From the NCBI RefSeq assembly GCF_018350175.1, contig NC_058369.1:14944001-15008000 (forward strand): a DNA stretch of 64,000 bases, given 5' to 3'. The stretch is from Felis catus. Its lineage: Eukaryota. Positions 24,900 through 37,331 of this stretch are shown in pieces. The notes beneath the pieces were generated by a model. The model made no database searches. It saw only the letters and a list, made by a program, of their open reading frames with translations, and was not told where the DNA came from. The position numbers and the translations under genes are program-made. How positions within the stretch are numbered: the stretch's first letter is position 1; each line of letters begins with the position of its first letter.

Positions 24900-25115
24900 G
24901 GGGCGCCTGGGTGGCTCAGTCAGTTAAGCGTCCAACTCATGATTTCAGCTCAGGTCGTGATCTCATAGTTCGTGGGTTCGAGCCCTGTGTCGGGCTCTGC
25001 ATGCTGCCTGCACAGAGCCTGCTTGGGATTCTGTCTCCCTCTCTCTCTGCCCTCCCCCCAACTCACATACTCTCTGTCTCTCTCAAAATAAATAAGTTTA
25101 AAACAAAATTTTTAA
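24900..25115 (+). mobile_element. CAN-SINE
   Basis: Head ggggcgcctgggtggctcag; imperfect TSD aagtgcatatcaca / aagtatacatcaca. Confidence 0.92.
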
Positions 25116-25374
25116 AAAGTATACATCACACACGAAATGGAACACCCAATGAGCAAGGTCTGTCCAGGAGGTTCATATATTGGAAATATGTGATTATTGC
25201 AGCTTTCAGAATAAAGGAGGAGAAAACTGATGGCAGAGACTGGCAAAGACTTGGAAAAATACTGTCCTGGAGAGACTCAGTGTTTCCTCCAGCAGAAAGA
25301 GAGCTGTCCTTAGCAGCCATTAAATAATCATCAGGGAATGCAGTGTTCTAGAATATTCAAGTTGATCTTTAAAA

Positions 25375-25540
25375 AAAAAATTTTAACGTTTATACATTTT
25401 TGACAGAGACAGAGTGCAAGTGGTGGAAGAGGGGGGCGGTGAGAGAGAAGGAGACACAGAATCTGAAGCAGGCTCCGGGCTCTAGGCTGTCAGCACAGAG
25501 CTCGAACTCGCAAGCCGTGAGATCATGACCTGAGCCCCTA
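25375..25540 (-). mobile_element. CAN-SINE, truncated or internally deleted
   Basis: SINE body lacking part of the head. Confidence 0.85.
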
Positions 25541-25699
25541 AGTTGGTCGTCTTGTTTCTGTGATTTCTTGGTCTCCCAAATCATGTAAATTTAAGCCTAC
25601 AAAATACATCCGTTTAGAATATTAGCCCGCTCGGCCTTGAAGTATGTGCACCCCAAAAGTGCTGGGGACTTAACCCTTCCTGAGGCAACCCACAACCAC

Positions 25700-26880
25700 G
25701 CGGGGACAGGAACCATGGAGACATGCTGTTCCATCTGATCCTCGGGTGGACGCTTCTGAGAGTTAACTCGGTACTCTTGACAAAACACGCCAGTGGGACC
25801 GTGCCTCATGACCTCATGACCTCATGACTGTGGTCAGTCCTTTCCTTCCTTGTTTATTCTCCCCAGTCCCTCCCTGTTGGATCACTTCCCAAATAAACTA
25901 CCAAACACGAGTCCTTGTCTCAGGCTCTGACTTGGGGAGTGACCCAGACTAAGCATTTGGTACTAGACGTGGCCTTAAAAAAGCAGACCCTCCAAATGGG
26001 TCTTGGAAACGAAACCAGTCATTGGCAGATAGCAGCAAAGGCCCTGTGGGTCAGTGATCAGTGTCATCATTACCAAAACTTGCCTGTGGTGGGTTGGGAT
26101 GAGGTCCAGGAGAGGTCATGTGGGGTCATGTGAAAGCTCTACCACATGGAAGCATGGAGTCAGTGGTAATTATGAGGATTGTTTAGTTGACTGGCTTCTA
26201 TTAACTCTGAAAAGCCTTTTAGAAAGGAATGAAAGGCTCGTCGGCCAACTCTCAACTTGTGGTGTGGCATAAAAACCGGGGACCTTCATAGTACAGTTTA
26301 AGGAAACCGATCTGCAGCTACTACATAGAAGGTGTTGACATTCAGACCCAGGATGTTCTTGTGCATGACTGGCAGAGCTGCGAAGGAGACAGGCTGCCTC
26401 CTTGGCCAAAGTCAGGGCTTTTGTCAGGAGACAAAGGGACTGAGACCTGGGATAAAGACAGGATTTTCATCCCCAGTATTTCCCTGAATGCTTTGGGCAG
26501 ACAGAAGAAGCCCCCGCCCCCCTAGCTGAAGGAGAGCAGCCATTTCCTGGAAGAAACACGTGCAAAATAATTGCAAGACCTGGCTTGGCATGTACCAGGG
26601 AGGTGGGAATAGGAGTGGGTCTTGAGGGTATTGGACCAGGGCTATGGCTGAAAAGAAGATTTCATGTCCTGGTAAGGAGGTCCGACTTGTTGCTAGTTCC
26701 CTGCTGGGGTAGCCCCCTGAAGTTTGGACCTGAAGTAAATGAGGAGGAGATGCCAGAACTGAACACACATAGAAAAGGCAACAACTCTTCTTGGATGCGT
26801 AAGAGTGGTGAGGTCACAGGGCAAACCACTGCTCCCCAAATTGGAGAGAGCAACAAAGAGCCGCAACTTCCTGGAAACCA
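25700..26880 (+). mobile_element. ERVL-class remnant (LTR16/ERV3-16A3-like): LTR 3' end, PBS and decayed gag region
   Basis: LTR end cccaaataaactac...ccttgtctcaggctctg...actaagca (to 25955); PBS-like tggtactagacgtgg (25958-25972); peptide relic GNYEDCLVDWLLLTLKSLLERNERL resembles ERVL/MaLR gag. The left boundary is approximate. Confidence 0.7.
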
Positions 26881-27014
26881 ATAAGGGAACCGGCCCAGGG
26901 GAGGGAAACCTGCATTATAACTGGTAGATTGCTGGAGGCTCAGTGTGGACAGCTCTGTCTCACCTAGGGGTGTATGTGTGTGAGGGGGCTAGTCAGAGTC
27001 AGGTAGCTGAGAAG

Positions 27015-28255
27015 CAGCGTGAAGTTCACAGTCCAGGAGGAGAGGCACCCTAAGAGACCTGGTCACAACCACAGATCACTTCCCCTCATCAGCCTATTTC
27101 TGGCAGTTCCTTTTTACCCAGGACATTGTGTTTGTCCGTGAAGTAAAAAGTATGAGGCATGCTAAAAAGCAAAAAACACACTTTGGACAAAAAGAGCAGG
27201 CACCAGAACCAGACTTGGCAGGGATATTGGAATTAACAGACTGGGGATTTAAAACAACCACGATTAATATGTAAGGGATCTAATGGATAAAGTAGACAGC
27301 ATGCAAGAACAGATGGGAAATGTAAGCACAGAGCTGGAAATCCTAAGAAAGAACCAAAAAGAATTGCTAGGGATAAAAATGCTGTAACAGAAATGAAGAA
27401 TGCCTTACAGGTTTATCTGCAGGCTGGACATGGCAGAGGAAAGAATCTGTGAGCCTGAGGATATATCAATAGAAACCTCCCAAAATGAAAAGCAAAGAGG
27501 ACAAATACTTGAGAAACAGAATGGAATATCAAGGGATGTAGGACAACGATAAAAGGTGTAACATAGGCATGATGGAAATACCAGAAAAAGAGGGAAAGGA
27601 ACAGTAGAAATATTTGAGACAGTAATGACCGAAGATTTCTCCCAAATTAATGTCAGACACCAAACCACAAATCCTTCAGTCAACTGGGTATAAAGAACCT
27701 GTATAGACTACTTCATCAACAGCTGAATATACATTTTTCCCAAGCCCGCATGGAACATTCGCCAAGATAGACCACATTCTGGGCCATAACACACACCTTA
27801 ACAAATGTAAAAGCATAGAAGTCACACAACGTTCTGCTGTCAGACCACAACGGAATTAAACGAGAAATCAATTACAGAAAGATAGCTGGGAAGTCCCCAA
27901 ATACTCGGGGATTAAACAACACACTTCTAAGTAACACATGGGCCAAAGAAGAAATCTCACTTAATCTCAAGTGAAATTAAAAAAATATTTTGAACTAAAT
28001 GAAGATGTAAGCACAACTTATCAAAATTTGTGGGATGCAGCTAAAGCAGGGCTTAGAGGGAAAGTTATAGCAATTGAATGCATATTATTAGAAAAGAAGA
28101 AAGATCCAAAATCAGTCAGCTAAGCTTCCATCTTAGAAAAAGAAAAGCAGATTAAGCCCAAAGTTAGCAGAAGAAGAGAAATAACAAGAATGAGAGCAGA
28201 AATCAGTGGAATTGAAAACAGGAAATCAATAGAGAAAACTAATGAAACCAAAAGT
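27015..28255 (+). mobile_element. Old L1 (L1M/L1MC-like): 5' UTR/ORF1 remnant joined to an ORF2 endonuclease remnant
   Basis: ORF1-like atggataaagtagacagcatgcaagaacagatggg...; ORF2 EN-like aagatagaccacattctgggccat (KIDHILGH) and tcagaccacaacggaattaaa (SDHNGIK); contains stops and frameshifts. Confidence 0.85.
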
Positions 28256-30606
28256 TGTTTGTTTGTTTTTTTTTAATTCCAGAGAAGGGAGAGATCAGAA
28301 GCGATCAGGCCATCATCAGCCATTTTCTTCCCTGGGGATATTTGCAGGTTCTGCCCGTGCACTAAGGATCAGATTTGGTGCACATAGAAGGATCCTAATG
28401 GGAGGCGGGTGGGAGAAACCAGCAAAACCTGGCAAGATTATGCAGGGCTAGGGTGATGATTTGGAAGCCTCATGATCCCTAATAACACAGCCAGGTTTAC
28501 ATTTGTTGAATTCTTAGGCTATCTGGGGAGGCAGGGACTTTTAGTAAGGTAGATTGAAATCTGTTGTATCCTATAGAGCTAATCAGGTTTTCTGTTTCTT
28601 CTTGTGTATGCTTTCATAGCCAAGATTATAACTGGGCTGAGCATGCCTAGTTGATCCTTCGCAAATTTACAAATCAGATGATTTACTGTCTCGCCCCTGG
28701 ACTGGACAGAATAAAGGGAGGGACAGATGCCATTGAGCCCTGAGGACCATGTGCCTTCTCAGACCAGTCCTCCTCTTCCCACACCTTTGCAAGTCGCCAG
28801 CCTGCCTCACACCTGGGGTCTGCGTGTGTCCTTGCAAGGATCCCATGTGTAGGTGGGAGAGAGATTATTGTCCCATTTTACGGACGAGGAATCTGGGTCT
28901 TGAATAACTTGCCCCAAAGGTTGCAAGTGCCAGATGTCTGAGCTGGGTTTGAAATCCAGGACGCCAGTGCTCTCTCTTCATTGGGCCATTGTTGACCTTT
29001 AGAGACAAGACAACCAAGGAACGTGAGCCCCCTAAGAGCCAAGAACTTGGCTAGGTGGTGTCTCGCCTCTCCCAGTGTTGTGTGCCCCAGGGCCTGGCAA
29101 TACTGGTTGAATGCATGACAGCACCAGGCCAACCAGGTTTGAAAAGGAACAAATGACTGTCCTGATGAGAGGGTCCTGGAGGCCAAGGTTATACGCCATT
29201 TGTCTTTGGTTTTGACGAAGGGCCGAGACTGCCTTTGCGATATTTTTGGAGGTGCGTACCCTTCATGCTCTTACCTTTGAAGAGAGTCTGGAAAGTTCTC
29301 TGCCTCCACAGGCGGGCCACATTTCTGTTGATACAGGGCCAGCGAAACTAAAAGGAAACAGCTGTGCAGGACGAGGGTAGGGGGTGGGGGATGGCTCCAT
29401 GTTGGGCCAGAAGTTTTCGTGGTGTTTGGGCTGACATGGGTGGGGTGGCCAGGGTTCGTTTTATATAACTGAGACTTCCAACAACTTTGGAGATGGAAAA
29501 AAACCAAAAACCAAAAAACCTTACTTAAAAACAAAAATATGCCCTTTAGAGCTCTCCTGGGTTTTCTGCCTCTGGGCTTTGTTATCAAGATCATTCTTTG
29601 TTCAGGGAAATTGGCACGAAAAGATTAGACCCGGAAGGCCGTGTGTTGGTGCATGGACATGTCCCAGGGGAGGGAGGCGGACACTCGTGAACATTAGCAC
29701 GACTCTCCTGGCTGAAACCATCCCCGACTTGCTCTTCCGGCTGGCCGAGGCCTCACAGCCAGGGCCAGCAGAGGAGGTCTTTCATTCTGGGAGAATCGAA
29801 TCCATCAATTCCACCAGGGCTGTCCGAGAGTCCATCACAGGTGACCACAATGGTGGGCCTCACTGGCCAGGGACAGCGGGCGGTGGACAAGGGGAGCCGG
29901 ATATTTTAATGGCTGTGAGCTCGACATTGGCAACAAATGAGGCACGGCTGCTGCAGAGACCCCATGAGTCCGTGTCTTTTTGAACAGTGACCATTCTGAC
30001 CACAGGCAGGCCCCTCGAGAACATGTATTGCTCTGGGAGCTGAACCATAATGAAAACAAGTAACAAGCAGAATTCTGTCGAAAGGTGATTTTCCAGAAGG
30101 TTAAAAAAGGTCCAGGAACCATATTGTAGAGGAAGATGGGAGCAAAAGGAAAAAAAAACACCGAGAAGGGTCACAATGGCCAGTTGTAGGTATTTGCTGG
30201 CCTCTTCCGGGATTGCTCCCCTGCCTCACTGCAGGGGAACTTCACAACAAGCCGAGACTCTGATGATGGACGAGCTGCTTTGCAGAGTAGTGAGCTGCCC
30301 ATCCCAGGAGGGGTTTAAGCGAGTCCAGGGAGTCTGAGAGGGTCAATGGAAAGGGGCATCCCTCATTAAGACACCAGACTGCATCTTCCAACCTGCTTTT
30401 TAACTCAGAGGCTGAGAGACAGTGCGCCGCTTGTATTTTCTGAGGCCCACCGAAGCAATTAAAAAATGATGAAATGTCAAAATAGGTTTACAAAAATAGT
30501 GATGTATGTTAAATGTTTGCCGTTAACGATACCGCCCTTCTAACACAGACAACCATGCACGGCAAATGCTGTTCACAAGACGGGACTCCCTTTTAAAGCA
30601 TCATTC

Positions 30607-31070
30607 TGGGGCACCTGGGTGGCGCAGTCGGTTAAGTGTCCCGACTTCAGCCAGGTCACGATCTCGCGGTCCGTGAGTTCGAGCCCCGCGTCGGGCTCTG
30701 GGCCGATGGCTCAGGGCCTGGAGCCTGCTTCCGATTCTGTGTCTCCCTCTCTCTCTGCCCCTCCCCCATTCATGCTCTGTCTCTCTCTGTCCCAAAAATA
30801 AATAAACGTTGAAAAAAAAATTAAAAAAATAAAATAAAATAAAGCATCATTCTGATGGGGTGCCTGGGTGGCTCAGGCGGTTGAGGAGCCGACTCCTGAT
30901 TTCAGCTCACGTCATGATCTCACGGTCTGTGAGTTGAAGCCCTGCCATCAGGCTCTGTGCCGCCAGCTCAGAGCCTAGAGCCTGTTTCGGATTCCGTGTC
31001 TCCCTCTCTCTCTGCCCCTACCCGGCTCCCATTCTCTTTCTCAAAAATAAATAGACATTAAAAACAATTT
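30607..31070 (+). mobile_element. Two tandem CAN-SINEs
   Basis: Heads at 30607 and ~30857; TSD aaagcatcattctg around the first. Confidence 0.93.
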
Positions 31071-31229
31071 TAAGTGTGCGATGAACTTGTCTTCTCTTAG
31101 GGCTGTGGGTGCATCTCCAGGGCTGCGTAGACCCTCCTTGGGAGACATGCCAAGCCTACACCTGGGGAGACCCCAAGGCAAAAGACACCTTCCCTGTCGC
31201 GATGTTATGTAAGTCATTTTACTTGACTT

Positions 31230-31424
31230 AACTTTTTAAAAGTTTAGAGAGAGAGAGAATGAGCAGGGGAGGGGCAGAGAGAGAGGGAGAGAGAGAATCC
31301 CCAGCAGGCTCCACACTGTCAGGGCAGAGCCTGATACGGGGCTCAAACTCACCAACCATGAGATCATGACCTGAGCCAAAACCAAGAGTTGGATGCTTAA
31401 CCGACTGAGCCACCCAGGCGCCCC
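31230..31424 (-). mobile_element. CAN-SINE
   Basis: TSD taagtcatttta. Confidence 0.92.
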
Positions 31425-32654
31425 TCCATAAGTCATTTTAACAGCACACTGACTCCCAGTTGCTTGCAGAGGGGCTCCGTGTATTGCACACACACATGCA
31501 CACACACCGACGAAAAGTTGCAGGGTGAAAAAAAAAACAGATACTGCTCACCACTTACTAGAAAACTCTCTAAGCAAGCCTCCTTCCTGGAGAACAGAGA
31601 GTTCACCTGCCAGGTTACCTAGGAGAGAGTCACACTCCCCCATTAGCCTCGCTTGGGGGCGCTAAAGCTGGACAGAGGCTGAATGTGTCTCTGCTACATC
31701 CCCCGGCCCCGGTCTGTGTCCAAAGTTTAAGGTTGGCTCGAGCAGCGCTTTGAGGTCTGCCCTGTCTACATCTGCGGCTTTATTCCTTCCCCATCCCCAC
31801 CCCGATTAGTGTTCAGGATGGAGAATGTGCAGGGTTCTGTCCACCAGGAGCCCTGTCCACATTTCTTCCTCCTGTCCCCTCCCCTTCCCTCTGTGGTCCC
31901 CCCCCCCTCAGCTGGGGGCTGCCTTCCTTCCCACCCCCCGCGCCCCACCCCATTAGGTGCCCTGGGAGACCCCAGCGTAGTCCCTCAGTCCCAATGGCAC
32001 AGCGGGCCCCTCATATTGAACCCCCGATGCCCAGGCACATCACGGAGGGAATGAGGGACTAATGGGACGCTAACAGTTCCAGCCGTGTCCTGGCACAGCG
32101 TGGCTCCTGTGTGGCTCCTGCGTGACAAGACACGGAGCAAGGGGCTCCAGTTTTCTGAATTGCCACGGCAGAGCTTTTCTGGGGCCTCCTCCCCAGTATA
32201 CCTAGGGCAAGGCCTCTACAGCCAAGCTCATGGTGAACGTGGTACCTCTGGCTGCCCCGTGTTTGGAACAAACTCCTTCCATTTCCCTGCGGCCGAAGAA
32301 CCAAGGTGAGAAAACCAGGACAGCAAAGGAGTTAGTAAGAGAAAAAAAGATCAGTCGTTTTCTTTTGCCCGGTGCTACCCACCCAGAGTTCCAGGAAGCA
32401 AGGCTCCCTTTTGGACTGGGTGCTCCGTGGCCCCAACTTGTCTCCCCGAGGGCCCAGCTGCACCTCTAAAATCCTCTCCCGCCCTGAGCACAGGAGATGC
32501 GGAGCACGGTGTCACCAAAGGGTCCCCCAGTGCTTGCTGCCTGCCCCCGGCTCCCGCCCTGGGCCACCACACAGTCCCTGGGGCCAGCCCCGCCAAAATC
32601 TGATGGGGTTAAGGCAGACTCCCTGGAAGAAAAGCCCAAATTACATAGTACTGT

Positions 32655-34140
32655 GTTTTCTTTTTGAACAATCTTAAGCTCACAGAAAATCGTCAATTCC
32701 AGCAGGAAGACCATTTGCCCCCTTAGTCGTTTGTAAGTTGTCAGCCCGATGCCCCATCACTGGCTTCATCCGACAGTGTGTGTCTCCTCCAGGCAAGGCC
32801 ACTGAATCCGTCCTACGGAATCACAGCGCACCGTCCAATTCGGGACAGCAGCAGGGACACGTCACAGCCACGTGCCGCTCGGGTTTCTCTGACTGGTTCG
32901 GTGGCACCCTTGCGAGCGGAAGGGGCCAGAATCCCAGGCTGCGTCTGCTGTTCTGTGCCTTCAGTCTCCTTCAGTCCGAGACGGTTCCTCAATCACAGTC
33001 TGGCCAGTTTTAAAGAGCACAGTTTTGCAGAAGGCCGCTCGGTTGGGTCCGTGTGATGTTTCTTTGGCAGGAATCTCCTGGACATGGGGGTGGGGGTGGG
33101 GGTCTGCGTGCTTTCCGTCTGCCCCTCGATCCCTGATGCTTTTACTCTGCTCACTTGACGAAGGTTGGTGGCGGCCAGGCTCCTTCCCCGTGCGCTTTCT
33201 CTTTTTCTCTTGGTAAGCGATAAGTATTTTGTGGCCAAGTAATTTGAGTCTATGAATAGAGCCTGTTCTTCATCAGATTTGCAGTGGATTCATTTGCTTA
33301 TTTACGTCTGTGGGTGCTCAGCTCTCCTACTCCGTGTTGCTATGGCTCTTTTGCTGACTTTCGGCCCCCCGGAAGCTCCCCCGAGCTGCCTCCCTGTGCT
33401 GCTGGCACGTTCCCATCATTCCTTAAGCACTTTCCTGCTATCTGACCAAACAAGTTGTTCTGGGCTCCTTTTTGACTTTCCCTGCCCCAGCCCTGGAATC
33501 AGGCCTGTCTCCCAGGTGCTCTGGTGGCTTTTCGTGGGAGGCTGTGTTTTGAAGCCAGTACTTGGAGGCTAGGAGGGCTCGAGGCCTTGGAGGAGGGGTC
33601 CCTGCTCCACGGCCCTCCAGGGATGGCTAGGGAACAGATGTGCACATTTCCATCTAAACGTACGGGTTAAAGACCCAGATGGATTAAAGACCTCAGCGTC
33701 AACAAGGAAAGGTATCTTAAGAAAATGTGGGGCACCTGGGTAGCCCAGTCGGCTCAGCAGCCAACTTTGGCTCAGGTCATGATCTCGCAGTTTGTGGGTC
33801 CGAGCCCCATGTCGGGCTCTGTGTTGACAGCTCGGAGCCTGGAGCCTGCTTCGGATTCTATGTCTCCCTCTCTGTCTGCCCCTCCCCCACTCATGCTCTG
33901 TCTCTCTGTCTATCTGTCTCTCCCTCCGTCAAAAATAAATAAACATTAAAAAAATAAAAAAAAAACCCTTCTGTTAAATGTATGGGTTCGTCTTTATATG
34001 TTGAAGTCCACCCTGACACATCCATAGCTTTGAATTTCATCCTACACCATACAATTCATTCTCGTTGTCTCTGTCTCCATAGTTGTACTTCTCTGATCAT
34101 GAGAAACCTGGTTCCCGTTGTCTTTGATAGATGTGCTTAT
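32655..34140 (-). mobile_element. Highly diverged L1MC-like 3' fragment(s), interrupted by a + strand CAN-SINE at ~33728-33965
   Basis: tttttgaacaatcttaagctcacagaaaa and gtaagttgtcagcccgatgccccatcac resemble the L1MC4/5 3' end. Boundaries are approximate. Confidence 0.5.
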
Positions 34141-34475
34141 TCGACGGGTGCCCCTGTATGTACCCTACCTCTCAATCCCTGCCACCCCCACCTCCTGTGC
34201 AGGATCCCCTCCTCCCCTGGCTTGGACTCCACGCAGGGCCTCTGCTCCCATCCCCCATGCCCCTCTGCACCCTGCAGGGCCAGGATATTCTTTTCTCCCC
34301 GATCCCTCTCTGGGGCACCACACCTTCCACTCTCCCCCCTGGGGCCACCTCTGCTTCAGGACGGGATGGTCAAGAAACAGAATGTGAAGAAAGGAGAGGA
34401 CTTCCTCATATTCTTAACCAAAAACGCACCAAGCGTCTAGGGACAGAACTGCAAAATAATCACAACAAACATTCT

Positions 34476-34864
34476 TTTTTGTTTTGTTTTGTTTTTTTAA
34501 AGTTTATTTCTTTATTTTGCAAGGCGGGTGGGGAAGGGCAGAGAAAGAGGGAGAGAGAGAGAATCCCAAGCAGGCTCTGCACTGTCAGCCCAGAGCCCGA
34601 GTCGGGGCTTGAACTCACGACCTGAGCCGAAATCAAGAGTTGAATGCTTTTTTTTTTTTTTTAAGTTTATTTATTTATTTTGAGGGAGAGAGAACACACG
34701 AGTGGGGTAGGGGCAGAGACAGAGGGAGAGAAAGAATCTCAAGCAGGCCCCCCACCAGCAGTGCAGAGCCCGATGCGGGGCTCAGTCCCACGAACCACGA
34801 GATCGTGACCTGAGCCATCACCAAGAGTCGGATGCTTAACTGACTGAGCCGTCCAGGCGCCCCG
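34476..34864 (-). mobile_element. Dimeric or nested CAN-SINE pair
   Basis: Two SINE bodies, each with its own T-tract, inside one TSD atca(c/t)aacaaacattct (34459-34475 and 34865-34881). Confidence 0.88.
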
Positions 34865-35199
34865 ATCATAACAAACATTCTACGCAATCAGGCACTCAGC
34901 CCCAGGCCACGCTGGAAAGAGGCCTCCAGAACTGGTAAGTTTTGGAGTCCCCCCCCCCCATTTGGGTTCAAACACCGGCACTGCCCCTGCATAGCTGGGG
35001 CAGGTTCCTTCACCTCTCTGGGCCTCAGTTTCCTCAACTAGAAACTGGGGAGATGACAGTACCTCCCTCGTGTTGCCAGTACGAGCCCTCCGTGAGCTAA
35101 TGCCAGGGGAGCACACGACCCTGCACTTGCCCAAGGTAACTGCTCCGCAGATGTGAGCTCTGACAAGTATCGTGTCTTTTTCAGAATCCTAGAAAATAG

Positions 35200-35425
35200 G
35201 GATTCTGTTTTAGAAGGCAGGGCCAGGACACCGGGTGGGTGTTCCCTGGGCAGCGCGGCTCTCCCAGGCCTTCCTTTTTTGCAGGCTTTTTTTTTTTCTT
35301 TCTTGGCACGCCCGCAGCCAAGTCTGGGAGGGTTTCCTGGACAGAAGTCCCTGTGGCCGCTGCCTTAAGACGTGCGGGCTGGGCCGCGGCCGCCACTGCT
35401 CTCCGACCCAGGCCAGTGCAGCAGC
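35200..35425 (+). promoter_or_regulatory. CLEC3B proximal promoter / 5' UTR
   Basis: GC- and CpG-enriched stretch directly upstream of the ATG, with a weak TATA-like ccttaaga at about 35363. The TSS cannot be determined. Confidence 0.45.
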
Positions 35426-35534
35426 ATGGAGCTGTGGGGGGCCTACCTGCTCCTCTGCCTCTTCTCCCTCCTGACCCAGGTCACCACCGAGCCGCCAACC
35501 CCCAAGGTCAAGAAGGCTGCAAACGTCAGGAAAG
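35426..35534 (+). CDS. CLEC3B: CLEC3B (tetranectin) exon 1: signal peptide and lysine-rich N-terminus
   Basis: Kozak-like gcagcATGG; MELWGAYLLLCLFSLLTQVTTEPPTPKVKKAANVRK; donor aag|gtaagg; 109 nt. Confidence 0.97.
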
Positions 35535-36463
35535 GTAAGGAGGGGGACAGGGCGCCTCCCCCATCTTCCAGGGAGCCGATCACCCTGTCCTTTTCTGCTT
35601 TCCTCCCCACCTTCATTTTCCTTCTTCATAAGTCCCGGGAACCTTAGTGAGGTACGCTTGGAGCCCGGGGAGACTTCTCCAATACTGGGGGCGGTTGTCA
35701 GCATCGTAAGCATCGTTGACTCTCAGATTGGGAAAGAACCTTCCAGATCACCTAAACTGACACCCACTCCCCACCCCCGCCCCAAATTCGTTGAAGAAAT
35801 CAAACCTTTGGTCTGGCAGTGCCAGTGGGCTCTACTTTGTGATCTCCGAAACTGCGGTCACTCAGCTCGAAGATGGGGAGCGTGGCATTTGCTGAAAGGC
35901 TTCTGGTTAGGATCTCATGATCCCAAACATGCAAGTGCTGAGCCCAGTGCCTGGCGCGTGGGATATACTTTAGGTGCAGGGGGGGAATAAAAGGACCAAG
36001 TTAATTCTCTGTGTGATAGTGCATCTCACAGCCTTGAGGAAATAAAAATGTGCAACCCCCAACGAGGACACCAGAACACGGGTTCGTGTTCCTTCTGTTG
36101 CCTCTGGGTTTGGGGTATCTTTGGGTCGCCTTGGCTGCTGCACGGCCTGCCCTTGGAGCCCTGCCTGTGGTGAGGTCACCCCAGGCTGTGTTGAGACAAC
36201 ATTAGTGAAATGCCATGGCAATGAACCGGGCTGTCACCCCCATAGGGCTCAGAGGCTCCGAGAGAGAGAGAGTTCCAGGGGATGAGATTGTGGATTTAGG
36301 CAGAGAAACAGACAGGCTGGAGCCAAGAGCATGGAAAAGGCAAGGCAAGGGGGCGTGGGCCACATTCCGGCCCCTCTCTGAGCCTCCTCTGTAAACGACA
36401 GCTGCCCATTGGCCAGGGACTGGTGGAGTGTGGAAAGGTGCCTTGGGACAGTGGAGACCCACA

Positions 36464-36888
36464 GGGCTGTGGCTCAGTTGGCGAAGCATTTGACTCTTTT
36501 TTTTACGTTTCTTTATATTTGAGAGAGAGAGAGAGAGAGAGAGAGGGGTGGGGGGGAGGGGCAGAGAGAGAGGGAGACACAGAATCCGAAGCAGGCTCCA
36601 GGCTCCGAGCTATCAGCACAGAGCCCAACTCGGGGTTTGAACTCATGAACCGAGAGACCATGACCTGAGCTGAAGTTGGAGACTTAACCAACTGAGTCAT
36701 CCAGGCGCCCTAAGCATCTGACTCTTGACTTCAGCTCAGGTCATGATTGCACGGTTTGTGGGTTCGAGCCCCGTGTCAGTCTCTGCGCTGACAGTGCAGA
36801 GCCTGCTTGGACTTTTCCCTTTCCCTCTCTCTCTGCCCCTCCCCTGCACTCTCTCTTTGTCTCGCAAAATAAATAGACATTTTTTAAA
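36464..36888. mobile_element. + strand CAN-SINE with a - strand CAN-SINE (36499-36711) inserted into it
   Basis: TSD aagcat(t/c)tgactctt at 36484-36498 and 36712-36726; the outer SINE resumes afterwards. Confidence 0.9.
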
Positions 36889-37094
36889 AGTTCAAAACAG
36901 AATGGATACCCTGCTGGCATTTATTTTGAAAAGCAGATTTATATACACGTACACATTTACTTTTATATGGGTAGAATTTTTCTGGAAGGCTCCACAAGAG
37001 TTAGTGACAGTGATTACCTCTGGGAAGAAAAACTGGGTAGCTGACAGCAATCTCAGTTGGAAAGGCGACTGATATTTTGAACGGTTTGGGTTTT

Positions 37095-37331
37095 TATTTT
37101 TTTTTATTTTTTATTTTTTTTCAACGTTTTTTATTTATTTTTATTTTGGGGACAGAGAGAGACAGAGCATGAACGGGGGAGAGTCAGAGAGAGGGAGACA
37201 CAGAATTGGAAACAGGTTCCAGGCTCCGAGCCATCAGCCCAGAGCCTGACGCGGGGCTCGAACTCACAGACCGCGAGATCGTGACCTGGCTGAAGTCGGA
37301 CGCTTAACCGACTGCGCCACCCAGGCGCCCC
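37095..37331 (-). mobile_element. Young felid CAN-SINE
   Basis: TSD ggtttgggttttt. Confidence 0.95.

Noticed and set aside
25804..25827. (CCTCATGA)x3 tandem repeat
   Set aside because: A simple slippage duplication within an old LTR, with no evidence of function.
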